The notes beneath the pieces are model-generated. The model was not told where the DNA came from, made no database searches, and was given only the letters and a program-made list of their open reading frames with translations. Of a DNA stretch of 64,000 nt, positions 53,104-62,012 are shown piece by piece. Each line of letters begins with the position of its first letter. Position 1 is the first letter of the stretch. The position numbers and the translations under genes are program-made. This DNA is from an uncultured Methanoregulaceae archaeon (GTDB lineage: Archaea > Halobacteriota > Methanomicrobia > Methanomicrobiales > Methanospirillaceae), in assembly GCA_963717525.1 (NCBI GenBank), contig OY970343.1, positions 1,536,001 through 1,600,000 on the forward strand, written 5' to 3'.

Positions 53104-53675
53104 TCGTTTTCCTCCAAAGTTACATCATACATTTCAAGCCGGAGAACCATTTCGACATTTGCCGAATAACGATTCTGCGAGCCCCATACTCCGTTTAAAC
53201 GGAATATGGAGGAATATTTGTAAAAGAGCCAATATATCCTTTGTGGTTGGATTTATTCCCTGTTCCGGGGCAGAAAACTCCCGCTTTCCCAATTTCACCG
53301 TATTTTTGGAGATTTCCCGGTACCCCATCAGCAAGAGTGGTTGCCGGTCTGCGGTATCTGGTTTCTTTATAGGCTCAGCCGGATTCGCGCATGAACCCTG
53401 ATAGCTGTTCTGTGATTACTGTATGCTTTGCATAATGTATAATGATACACGGTATGGTGATGCTGCACACGCAGGCACATTATATGTAGCATTATATCTC
53501 AAGAGGAGAACCGAAGCGGTTCTAACAGGCAAGTCCTGCGCCATGCGAAGGTGGAGTATCCTCTCGGTAAAATATTGTTCTCATGGTGGCAAATCCCGGA
53601 TGAGTGCAGGCGTTCCATGATCGCACCGGCAGCATATTGCAATACATATATGATACCGGAACCAACCAATGTCCC

Positions 53676-54401
53676 ATGAGAGTCATCCGGGCCCCGTCAA
53701 TCGGGCGGGCACACGAACTGGTCGTGAAGATGATCCTGGAAAAAGGCCGGGTTCTCCAGACCGAAGATGACGAGGCCACCGTGGAATTTGAAGAGGTGGC
53801 CCTGCAGGTCGATACCCCGCTTGCCGGACCGCTGGTGAGCCCCCATTCCCGGTTCCAGCAGAAATTTGTCGAGCAGTACGCACGTGATCTCCTCCACGGC
53901 TCACACGCCTCGTTTGAATACGATTACCACGGCAGGCTCTTTGACTGGGGCGAACGGCTTTCTGTGGGCGGAAATCCCGTCCATGTCGATCAGATAGATT
54001 ATATCGCAAACAAGCTCCGGCAGTCCCCGGTAAGCCGGCGGGCCATCGCCATTACGTGGAACCCGGTGATCGACGAGAAACTCGATGACTGCCCCTGCCT
54101 CCAGCTCGTGCAGTGCATTCTCCGCGACGGGAAACTGGCAATGCGGGTGATCTTCCGGAGTAACGACATGCTCACCGCGGCCGGGGCGAATATGTACGCG
54201 CTTGTCCAGCTCCAGAAGTCCATCGCGGACCGGCTCGGGGTGACATGCGGCACCTACACCCACATCTCGCTTGTCCCGCACATCTATTACATCCGGGACA
54301 TGCACGACATTGAACCGTTCTGCGGGAAAGGAGAATATATTCAGCCGGTACAGGACGTCTGCCGGGCCTGCGGGCGCTGCGACCGGTCAAAAAAAGTCTG
54401 A
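53676..54401 (+). CDS. thyA: Thymidylate synthase (archaeal ThyA type)
   Basis: SRRAIAITWNP, PCLQ, FRSNDM, ANMYAL, HIY. Confidence 0.93.
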   Translation: MRVIRAPSIGRAHELVVKMILEKGRVLQTEDDEATVEFEEVALQVDTPLAGPLVSPHSRFQQKFVEQYARDLLHGSHASFEYDYHGRLFDWGERLSVGGNPVHVDQIDYIANKLRQSPVSRRAIAITWNPVIDEKLDDCPCLQLVQCILRDGKLAMRVIFRSNDMLTAAGANMYALVQLQKSIADRLGVTCGTYTHISLVPHIYYIRDMHDIEPFCGKGEYIQPVQDVCRACGRCDRSKKV

Positions 54402-54475
54402 TGCACCAGTCCACTGACAAACACAAAAGCCGTCACTTTAATTAGGCTCCAGCGGCAAAAAGTATGAGGCAACAT

Positions 54476-54548
<73 letters not shown>

Positions 54549-54628
54549 CTCTTTTGTTGAACTTTTCAACCGTGACGCAAGGTAATCCCTGTACGGGTAC
54601 CTGGTTTTCAGAAAAACTCCGCCCCAGT

Positions 54629-54936
54629 AGCTGGAGATTTCTAAAAATGAGCGGGTCATGAGCTGAAGATTATGAAAAAAGTGCAACACAGCAGCTGAAG
54701 ATTTTCAAAAAAGATCGACATGGTTCTGCACCAAAATCTGCCAATCCACTAATAATCATCACATTTTCCAACGGAGGATAGTAGAGATCCGCACGTTTGC
54801 AAAAAAAAGAGCGAACCAGGAGCAAAACATTTTCGAAAAAGTGCGGAACGCGAGATGAAGATTCCGGAAAATCTGTCACTCAGCTGCTGAAGATCTCTAA
54901 AAAAGTTCGGATCACGGGTGGAAGATCTCGGAAAAT
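54629..54936 (+). repeat. Degenerate repeat array with an exact 32-bp register
   Basis: AGCTGAAGATTTTCAAAAAA-like units at 54629, 54661, 54693, 54821, 54853, 54885 and 54917. Confidence 0.75.
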
Positions 54937-55170
54937 GATCGCCCCGACTTCTAAAAAAATAGGTAGCAAGGATCGGATCGATCGATTTCAAAATCGATCG
55001 GGGTAGATCGTTTTTGAATGGACAATTGAATTCTCTCATGCCATTGCGATTCCGACACTCTACAAGCCATTCCTGAACGGACAGGGAGGGAAAGAGGGTA
55101 CCGGATCGACTACATGCACCAAGACTACGGCTCCATCTGCTTACAAACAGTCTTTTCGAACGTCCATAAC

Positions 55171-55896
55171 CTACGCAATCAGTGCGGACAGGAGGCACCC
55201 GATAAAGATCGCGCCAAACGTTCCCGCACCGCCGATGCTGAATCTCGGCACTTCGAGATCGCCCACGCGGTAAAGGTGCGCGATGTTTGCGCCCAGCAGC
55301 GTGCCGACCGTTGCGCTGACAAACGCAATAACCCCGGCGGAAAGCCCGGGTCCCCCGGCAAGAAGAACGCCGCAGAGAAGCGCGGTCAGCCCGGGGATGA
55401 AAAGCGGTGCCCGTATCCCCACGCCAACCATTGGCCGGGTCGTCACATAGGCAATCGCCGCGACAAGCAGGATACCGGCAAGTACCTTGAGATACACCAT
55501 ATCCCCGCTCATTACCAGTGACGCACGATCCAGAAGATAGACCGACAGGACAAGGGGAAGGATCGCTCCGCCCAGGTTGACCGCGATGGTCGTCTCCCAG
55601 AGCCCCCCGCCTTCGCCGGTTGTAACTTCGTCGGGGAACTGCCCCATCCCGCTGTGGGGCACCCGTATGGTCTCGCGCCGGACCTTCCACATCGGGATAT
55701 CCACAAAGCTGCAGAGCAGGATAAGGATGACAAGGGCGGTCGCCGTGAGCCATGAGAGGCCGACAAGGCTGGTAATCGCTTTTCCGGCAAGGCCAAGGAA
55801 CAGCAGCGGTACGATGATAACGACAAGCCCAATGACGACGAGCAGCGCGATGAGGGTCAGGGGGCCGGCAGAATAAAGACGGATTGAATCAGGCAT
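55171..55896 (-). CDS. DUF1614 family membrane protein
   Basis: IAVNLGGAILP, GTLLGA.I.HL, SIGGAGTFGAIF. Confidence 0.9.
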   Translation of the reverse strand: MPDSIRLYSAGPLTLIALLVVIGLVVIIVPLLFLGLAGKAITSLVGLSWLTATALVILILLCSFVDIPMWKVRRETIRVPHSGMGQFPDEVTTGEGGGLWETTIAVNLGGAILPLVLSVYLLDRASLVMSGDMVYLKVLAGILLVAAIAYVTTRPMVGVGIRAPLFIPGLTALLCGVLLAGGPGLSAGVIAFVSATVGTLLGANIAHLYRVGDLEVPRFSIGGAGTFGAIFIGCLLSALIA

Positions 55897-56518
55897 GGTC
55901 AGTTCCCAAAACCGAGTGTTCGAGGGTGCCAACAATGGCAGCGTGATCCTGGTGGTACGGCGCAAGCCATGTGCTCTCAGTCACTGTGATTCCTGCGGAC
56001 ATGAGGCTGTCGAGTGTGTCCTGGAAAACTTCAGCCGGTTCTTTCCTGATATCCACGCTCCGGGTCTTCAGCATGAGGATCAACTGACCGCCGGGTTTGA
56101 GGAACGCGCAGTTCCTGAGGGCGATGGCCGCCTGGTCAGGCTGGGCCACGTCCTGGTAGAGGAGATCCACGGTCTCCACCAGCGGAGCATACCGCTCCGG
56201 GCAGGACGCGTCCGCCATGATCGGCATGACGTTTGTGCGCCGTCGCGCCACCTCGAGCAGGTCCTGCATGGGGCGTGGGGCAAACTCCACCGCATACACC
56301 ACCTCTACGTAGTCGGCGACATGGGAGACCGTGGTCCCGTTTGCCGCCCCGAGGTAGAGGACCTTCATGCCCGGTGTCAGATCGATACCCCTTCCTGTAA
56401 GATACAAAGCGGCAAGCTTGCTCCGGTACGGGTCCCAGACCCGGTACCCGTCAAGCATCCGCTCACCGTAGACCCCTCCCTCGCCTTTCGAAACCAGCAC
56501 ATCGCCGACACGGATCAT
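55889..56518 (-). CDS. flpA: Fibrillarin-like rRNA/tRNA 2'-O-methyltransferase
   Basis: WDPYRSKLAA, VLYLGAANGTTVSH, YQDVAQPDQ. Confidence 0.96.
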   Translation of the reverse strand: MIRVGDVLVSKGEGGVYGERMLDGYRVWDPYRSKLAALYLTGRGIDLTPGMKVLYLGAANGTTVSHVADYVEVVYAVEFAPRPMQDLLEVARRRTNVMPIMADASCPERYAPLVETVDLLYQDVAQPDQAAIALRNCAFLKPGGQLILMLKTRSVDIRKEPAEVFQDTLDSLMSAGITVTESTWLAPYHQDHAAIVGTLEHSVLGTDHA

Positions 56519-57405
56519 GGCCGATCCCCCTCCGGGCCTGCTCCTGCCCGGTCGATGCGTGTCTGTGCATCCTCAAGGAAGGATGGGACTGCACAGCCCC
56601 GGTAAAAATCCAGCCGGGCAGCAATCGCCAGTTTCCCGGCAAGCACCCGGGCGACTTTTCCCCTCACCTCGCGGGGGGCATTATGCACCCGACGGTGCTG
56701 GAAGATAATCCCGTGCTTGGGCGATGGCGCATGGGTCCTGATGTGCATGAAGAGTGCAGTCCTGGCCCCGAGTACCTGGATCGCGCTTGCAGGCAGCCGG
56801 GAGAGTTCCTTCAGGCCCCCTGCGTGGGAGAGGAGCCGGGCGGCTACAAGCCCACCGATGAGCGCGCTCGTATTGGGCATCACCTCGCACGCCCGCGCCG
56901 ACACTTCCTTAGCAAGGGCAGTCCGGGTATCGGCAAGGCTGGTGATCCCGGCGGCAACTTTCCCGAGCGCTCCCCCTCCTCCACCGCGCTCCCGGTTGCG
57001 CTCGCCGATGGATTTGACCAGCACGTGCGCCGGAGTCCTGCGGTACTTGCGGGAGAACGAGGGATGCCGGATCTGGTACCAGTCTGCCACCCGTTCCGAG
57101 AGCACGTTGATAACCGTGTCCATCTCATCGAGCGTCCTGACCATCTGGAGCAGTTCCACGTCTTTTGCCGCATACTGCTCCCGGACTGCCTGCTCCGATC
57201 CCGCGATACAGACCTTCTGAAGCAGGGCAAGGTATTCCAGACGGTCGCGGCAGACCCCGCAGACAACCGCCTTCTGCCAGTCTGGCAGCACAAAGGTATC
57301 CATGCTGGCCCGGATCTCCCGGACACGGCGGGCGTAAGCGGCGGCATCGCCGGTGAACGGGATGCATTTCCCCTTATCCACATCACCAAACCAGCAGGAC
57401 TGCAT
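56515..57405 (-). CDS. Nop5 (Nop56/58) C/D box RNP protein
   Basis: PNTSALIG..VAARLL, PASAIQVLGA, SPKHGIIF, LAIAARLD. Confidence 0.94.
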   Translation of the reverse strand: MQSCWFGDVDKGKCIPFTGDAAAYARRVREIRASMDTFVLPDWQKAVVCGVCRDRLEYLALLQKVCIAGSEQAVREQYAAKDVELLQMVRTLDEMDTVINVLSERVADWYQIRHPSFSRKYRRTPAHVLVKSIGERNRERGGGGGALGKVAAGITSLADTRTALAKEVSARACEVMPNTSALIGGLVAARLLSHAGGLKELSRLPASAIQVLGARTALFMHIRTHAPSPKHGIIFQHRRVHNAPREVRGKVARVLAGKLAIAARLDFYRGCAVPSFLEDAQTRIDRAGAGPEGDRP

Positions 57406-57495
57406 GATACAGACTAAGGGGCGCCCGGCTAAAAAAAAGAATGGCTCACGGGAACAAAAGGGGCGTCTCGAACGCGCCACGCGACACGTTTGGGA

Positions 57496-58710
57496 TCAAA
57501 CCCACGCAAGACCAAACGAGTACAGGATCACTGGCACCATGATAGCACCCATGCAGTAGACCCTTGAAACGTTCACGATATGCGGCACGAGCCCGACGAT
57601 CACCGCAAGGAGCAGGACAAAGATGCCAAAGGGCCCGGTAAGGAGAATGCAGAGCCCCACCACAAACAGGATCACGGCCCGGTTGAGCAGCCGGCCGTTG
57701 ATCCCGTTAAGCCGCCCTGCTGATCGGGAGAGCCCCACGGTGACAATATATGCGAGACAGGCAGCAAGGACACCGACAATCATGAGCTCGCTCATTGAAG
57801 GCAGGGGCAGCTCCGCAAGAGCGACCATAACACCGTTTCTCATCCGGGAAATGGCAAAAAGGGCGGCAAGCCCGATAAATGCATTTGCCGTATTTGCCGC
57901 GCTGGTTGCAAGGATGTAAGCCCGGCGATCCTTCTCGTACCCGATCACCGACGCCAGCGTACCGTTTGCGGTTGCAGTCGAGAGCCCGGGAAGCCAGCCG
58001 ACAGTGATCCCGGCCAGGGTCCCAAGGACCGAACTCTTTGCGACGGTTTTCGTGTCCACCCGCAGGCCCTGGAAATGCTGCGCCGGCAGCGCTCCCTGCG
58101 AGGCGACCAGCAGTACCGAGATCCCGAAGAGGCCGGTCAGGAGGGGCATGAGCACAGCCGTCTCCCCGCCAAGCGTATGCCAGCTTAAAAATGCGTACCG
58201 GAGGGTAAATGCACCCAACAGGCCGGAGACGGCAAAGATCGCAAGCGCCCACCCGGGCGACTCGCTCATCACGATCATGTACCCGATGACGGCCACGATC
58301 AGGATCCCGATACCCCAGTCGAAGAAAGGCTGGAGTGCGGGGAGAAACAGGAAACAGAGCACGGAAACCGGGACGGCAATGATAATGGCGCAGGCGCTCC
58401 CGAGCGCGGCGATACGGACAGCCTCCTCACCGTTTCCCTCGAGGCAGAGGGCATGCGCCGGGAGCACAGAAAGAGAGGTGTCCGCATCGGGAATGCCAAG
58501 GAAGGTGGCCGGGATGCTCTCGACAAACGTATGCGTGATCAGGGCGGCAAACAGGGTCCCGGCAAGGGCAAGCGGCCCGAGCACGTCAAGGAGGACCACC
58601 TGCGCACCCAGCAGGACGCCTGCAAGCGTGTTGACGTGAACCCCGGGGATGAGCCCGCACGCGGCGCCAAGAAGGACACCGAGCAGCGTCCCGATCACGA
58701 TCTCGATCAT
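57496..58710 (-). CDS. Tripartite tricarboxylate transporter TctA family (DUF112) membrane protein
   Basis: GLIPGVHVN, IPATFLGIPD, VLPAH. Confidence 0.88.
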   Translation of the reverse strand: MIEIVIGTLLGVLLGAACGLIPGVHVNTLAGVLLGAQVVLLDVLGPLALAGTLFAALITHTFVESIPATFLGIPDADTSLSVLPAHALCLEGNGEEAVRIAALGSACAIIIAVPVSVLCFLFLPALQPFFDWGIGILIVAVIGYMIVMSESPGWALAIFAVSGLLGAFTLRYAFLSWHTLGGETAVLMPLLTGLFGISVLLVASQGALPAQHFQGLRVDTKTVAKSSVLGTLAGITVGWLPGLSTATANGTLASVIGYEKDRRAYILATSAANTANAFIGLAALFAISRMRNGVMVALAELPLPSMSELMIVGVLAACLAYIVTVGLSRSAGRLNGINGRLLNRAVILFVVGLCILLTGPFGIFVLLLAVIVGLVPHIVNVSRVYCMGAIMVPVILYSFGLAWV

Positions 58711-58789
58711 TATCCAGAAGGTACAGGAGAATGAACATAAATCAACCGAAATGCATACCCTCTTATCATTAAGGGATGATGAATCCGTA

Positions 58790-59483
58790 ATGAAGATAGC
58801 AGTCACCCGTCTTGCAGGAAAGGAGGGCCGGGATGCAGCCCGGTGCGCAGCATACGGGCACGCGTGCTACAGCGTCCACCCGCTCCGCTCCGAGATCCAA
58901 AACGAGGTCGTCTCGGCGTTTGTGGAGGCTGTCGAACGCGGGGAGTTCGACTGCCTCTTTTTCACGAGTGCACTTCCGGCAAAGATCCTTGCTCCTCTCC
59001 TCAAAAAGACCCCCAGGGTCATCGCGATTGGCCCCGAAACGGCACGGGAACTGGAGCGGTGCAGGATTGCCTGCGAGACCCTGCCCGGCTTCTATTCCCG
59101 CGATTTTGTCCCGTACCCTGGGAGACTGGATCAGGGGAAAGACGATCGGTCTCCCCCGGGCCGATGTCCCGAACGCCCCCCTCATCGATGCGATTGCCCA
59201 CGCGGGAGGAAAACCCCGGGAGTTCCGTTGTTACCGGCTCGCGCCGACCAATGAGCCGCTCGACCTTGACCAGGCCGAGGCTGTCCTTTTTACCAGCGCG
59301 ATGTCGTATAAAAAAGCGATCTGGACTCCGCGTTCGGATCTGCTGGTGATGGCTATCGGGGAGGTCACGGCCGGGGCGATGATGGGAGGAGGTACGCTGC
59401 CGGCGATTGTCGGTGATGGCTCTCTCGAGGGGACGCTTGCGGCGTTAAACGAACATCGGGGACGAATATGGATCATCCGATAA
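58790..59483 (+). CDS. hemD: Uroporphyrinogen-III synthase; 1-nt insertion near 59117
   Basis: KIAVTR, FFTSA, AIGPETA in one frame; PRA, FTSA, AIGEVTA in the next. Confidence 0.9.
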
Positions 59484-59496
59484 CCGCAGCACAGGA

Positions 59497-60435
59497 ATGC
59501 CGGGGCCGGGACAAGTGCCTGCCGTGTCGCTCCGGCACGGCGCGGGTATCATCGTGATCGACAAGCCCCGGGGGCCATCGAGCCACCAGGTGGCTGCATG
59601 GGTGGGAAAGATGCTCGGCTGCCAAGTCGGCCACGCGGGCACGCTCGACCCGCAGGTCTCGGGCATTCTCCTCGTCATGCTCGGGAACGCGGTGCGCCTC
59701 GCGCCGCTGCTCCTGAAACACGATAAGGAGTATGTGTGCCTGATGAGGCTGCACAAGGAGGTTGACCGGGAGCGTATCGATGCGGTTGCGGCGGAATTTA
59801 CCGGCCGTATCTACCAGCGCCCGCCCCGGAGGAGCGCGGTGAAACGCCTCCTGCGCATCCGCACCGTCCAGCAGTTGGATATCCTCGGCATCGAGGGAAA
59901 ACTGGTGCTCATGAAGGTCAGGTGCGATGCGGGCACGTACATCCGCTCGCTCTGCCACCACATGGGCCTTGCGCTCGGGACGGGGGCGCACATGCAGGAG
60001 CTCCGGCGGACCCGGTCAGGAGCCTTTGACGAGGGTGCCATGCACACGCTCCACGAGCTTCAGGACGCCTGCTATGCTGCGGAAGCCGGGAACCGGGCCG
60101 CACTGGATACCATGGTAGTCTCGGTTGATGCCGCAGTCCCCGATCTTCCTGCCGTTATCGTACGGGATACCGCGATCGATGCGCTCTGCCACGGTGCGGT
60201 GCTGGCGGGGGTCGGCATGATCAGCTGCGATGAGTTCAGGAAAGACCAGATCGTCGCGGTCCTCTCGCAGAAACGGGAATTTGTCGGTCTCGGAAAAGCG
60301 CTCGCCCCGTCAGCCTCATGGAAGCCCGGCAGGCCCGGCCTGCTTGTTGCGACGACCACGGTATTTATGGCCCCGGGCACGTACCCGAAGGGCTGGAAAA
60401 AAGCCTGCACGCCGGAAAAGTCAGCCAAGTCCTGA
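59497..60435 (+). CDS. truB: H/ACA pseudouridine synthase Cbf5 (TruB family, PUA domain)
   Basis: DKPRGPSSHQV, GHAGTLDP, GTYIRSLC, MQELRRTRSG. Confidence 0.96.
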   Translation: MPGPGQVPAVSLRHGAGIIVIDKPRGPSSHQVAAWVGKMLGCQVGHAGTLDPQVSGILLVMLGNAVRLAPLLLKHDKEYVCLMRLHKEVDRERIDAVAAEFTGRIYQRPPRRSAVKRLLRIRTVQQLDILGIEGKLVLMKVRCDAGTYIRSLCHHMGLALGTGAHMQELRRTRSGAFDEGAMHTLHELQDACYAAEAGNRAALDTMVVSVDAAVPDLPAVIVRDTAIDALCHGAVLAGVGMISCDEFRKDQIVAVLSQKREFVGLGKALAPSASWKPGRPGLLVATTTVFMAPGTYPKGWKKACTPEKSAKS

Positions 60436-60492
60436 CCCCATGAAAGGATAGCATTAAAAAAATACCCGGCAAATACATGGGATACACTTTTT

Positions 60493-60576
60493 GCTGAGGT
60501 AGTCTAGCGGTAGGGCGCAGGCCTGGAAAGCCTGTGGTGCGAAAGTGCCTCGGGGGTTCAATTCCCCCCCTCAGCG
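60493..60576 (+). tRNA. tRNA-Ser (anticodon GGA)
   Basis: Acceptor GCTGAGG/CCTCAGC, anticodon arm CAGGC-CTGGAAA-GCCTG, long variable arm. Confidence 0.95.
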
Positions 60577-60714
60577 TTGTTGTTTTTTTTTAAAGCCTGC
60601 ACCATCAGTCAAAGCACCCGAAACAGGGGTATGATCTCCCCTGTGCACTAGCAGCGATCCGGACATGCTTGACAGACTCGCGCAGGTGCGGCCTATGGGG
60701 GGTCACGCCCGGAT

Positions 60715-61428
60715 CTATTGGGACCGCAGGGCATCCCGGGCAAAGGCAACATACTCCGGGACGATCTCAAAACCAAGGAAATGCCGGCCTTCCTGCTGTG
60801 CGACAACCGCAACCGTGCCCGAGCCAAGGAACGGATCGAGGACGAGGTCGCCGGCGTTACTCGAATACCGGATGATCTTCTGTACCAGTTTCTGCGGGAG
60901 TTTTGTCGGGGTCTTCTTCTTTCCTTTCCAGTACTCCCGGTTGATCATCCAGACATCCTCGGGATAGTGGTCGATCTTGTTGAAGGTGTAGTCTTTCGGG
61001 TCTTTTACCACGTAGAGGATGTGGTAGTGGCTGGTGACATACTTGTTCTTCGTGAAGACCCCGAACTGGTACTTCCAGATAAGGTGGTTTATCGTTGTAA
61101 GCCCGGCCGCATCGATACCTTCGAGAATGTCACGGAGCCGGTTCCAGCCGGAAAAAACATACATGCTGCCGGAGGGAGAAAGCACCCGGGCAGCCTGCGT
61201 AATCCACCGGTGCGTAAACTCCCCGTATTCTCCGGCAGGGATCTCCCGGTAGCCTTCGATGACGTTACTGCCGGTCCGGTTATAGTTGAGCCTCTGGGCC
61301 GTAAAATCGATGGCAAAAGGGGGATCGGTTACGATGAGATCGACTGCCCCCGGCGGAAGTTGTTCCATGAGCGCACGCGAGTCTCCCTCGTACAGGGTAT
61401 CCGGCTCGAATGCGCCAAGGGATCCCAT
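60715..61428 (-). CDS. Site-specific DNA methyltransferase (N4-C/N6-A, beta class), orphan
   Basis: Catalytic TDPPF precedes the SAM-binding VLDPFLGSGT; PTKLP; no nuclease adjacent. Confidence 0.92.
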   Translation of the reverse strand: MGSLGAFEPDTLYEGDSRALMEQLPPGAVDLIVTDPPFAIDFTAQRLNYNRTGSNVIEGYREIPAGEYGEFTHRWITQAARVLSPSGSMYVFSGWNRLRDILEGIDAAGLTTINHLIWKYQFGVFTKNKYVTSHYHILYVVKDPKDYTFNKIDHYPEDVWMINREYWKGKKKTPTKLPQKLVQKIIRYSSNAGDLVLDPFLGSGTVAVVAQQEGRHFLGFEIVPEYVAFARDALRSQ

Positions 61429-62012
61429 CAGCGCGTCCTGCCAAATGCCCGTCCCATCTCGAAGGCCCGGGCATTCGCCTCAACAGTTTTGGGCGGGACA
61501 AGTTTTTTTGTAGCGGCAAGCAGGGATTCCGCCTTCAGGGGGATCGACCACGATGCCGCACCGAGTATCACCACGTTCTGGGCAAGACTGCTGCCCGCCT
61601 CTAAGGCAATCCTGTCGGCATCGATCAGGCAGGGGTCGAACCGGGCCAGCTGCGCGATAACCTCGTCTTCGGTAAGAACCGGGCTCTTCTGCGTAAAGAC
61701 CGAGGTGGGGAGGACCATGTGCCGGTTGACCACCATCTTCCCGCCGGTTTTGAGGTAATGGGAGTAACGGAGCGCTTCGAGCAGGTCAAAGGAGATAAGG
61801 AGATCGGCAGTACCGGGCACGATCAGCGGGCCGTAAAGTCCGTCGATCCTGATATGGGTCTCGACCGACCCCCCGCGCTGCGCCATGCCGTGCGTCTCGG
61901 CGCCTTTCACGTGGCGGCCTTCACTGAGACAGGCCTCCCCGAGGACATTGGAGGCAAGGATGGTCCCCTGTCCGCCAATCCCGACGATCAGGATATCGAA
62001 ACTTTTTGTCAT
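61428..62012 (-). CDS. iorB: Indolepyruvate:ferredoxin oxidoreductase beta subunit
   Basis: GIGGQGTILAS, ETHGMAQRGGSV. Confidence 0.95.
   Translation of the reverse strand: MTKSFDILIVGIGGQGTILASNVLGEACLSEGRHVKGAETHGMAQRGGSVETHIRIDGLYGPLIVPGTADLLISFDLLEALRYSHYLKTGGKMVVNRHMVLPTSVFTQKSPVLTEDEVIAQLARFDPCLIDADRIALEAGSSLAQNVVILGAASWSIPLKAESLLAATKKLVPPKTVEANARAFEMGRAFGRTR

Noticed and set aside
54629..54936. CRISPR array
   Set aside because: The period is only 32 bp, units are degenerate and there is no room for spacers; no intact cas genes in the window
54749..55753. 334-aa minus-strand ORF overlapping DUF1614 and the repeat array
   Set aside because: Alternative frame of the DUF1614 gene with Arg/Cys-rich non-protein-like composition
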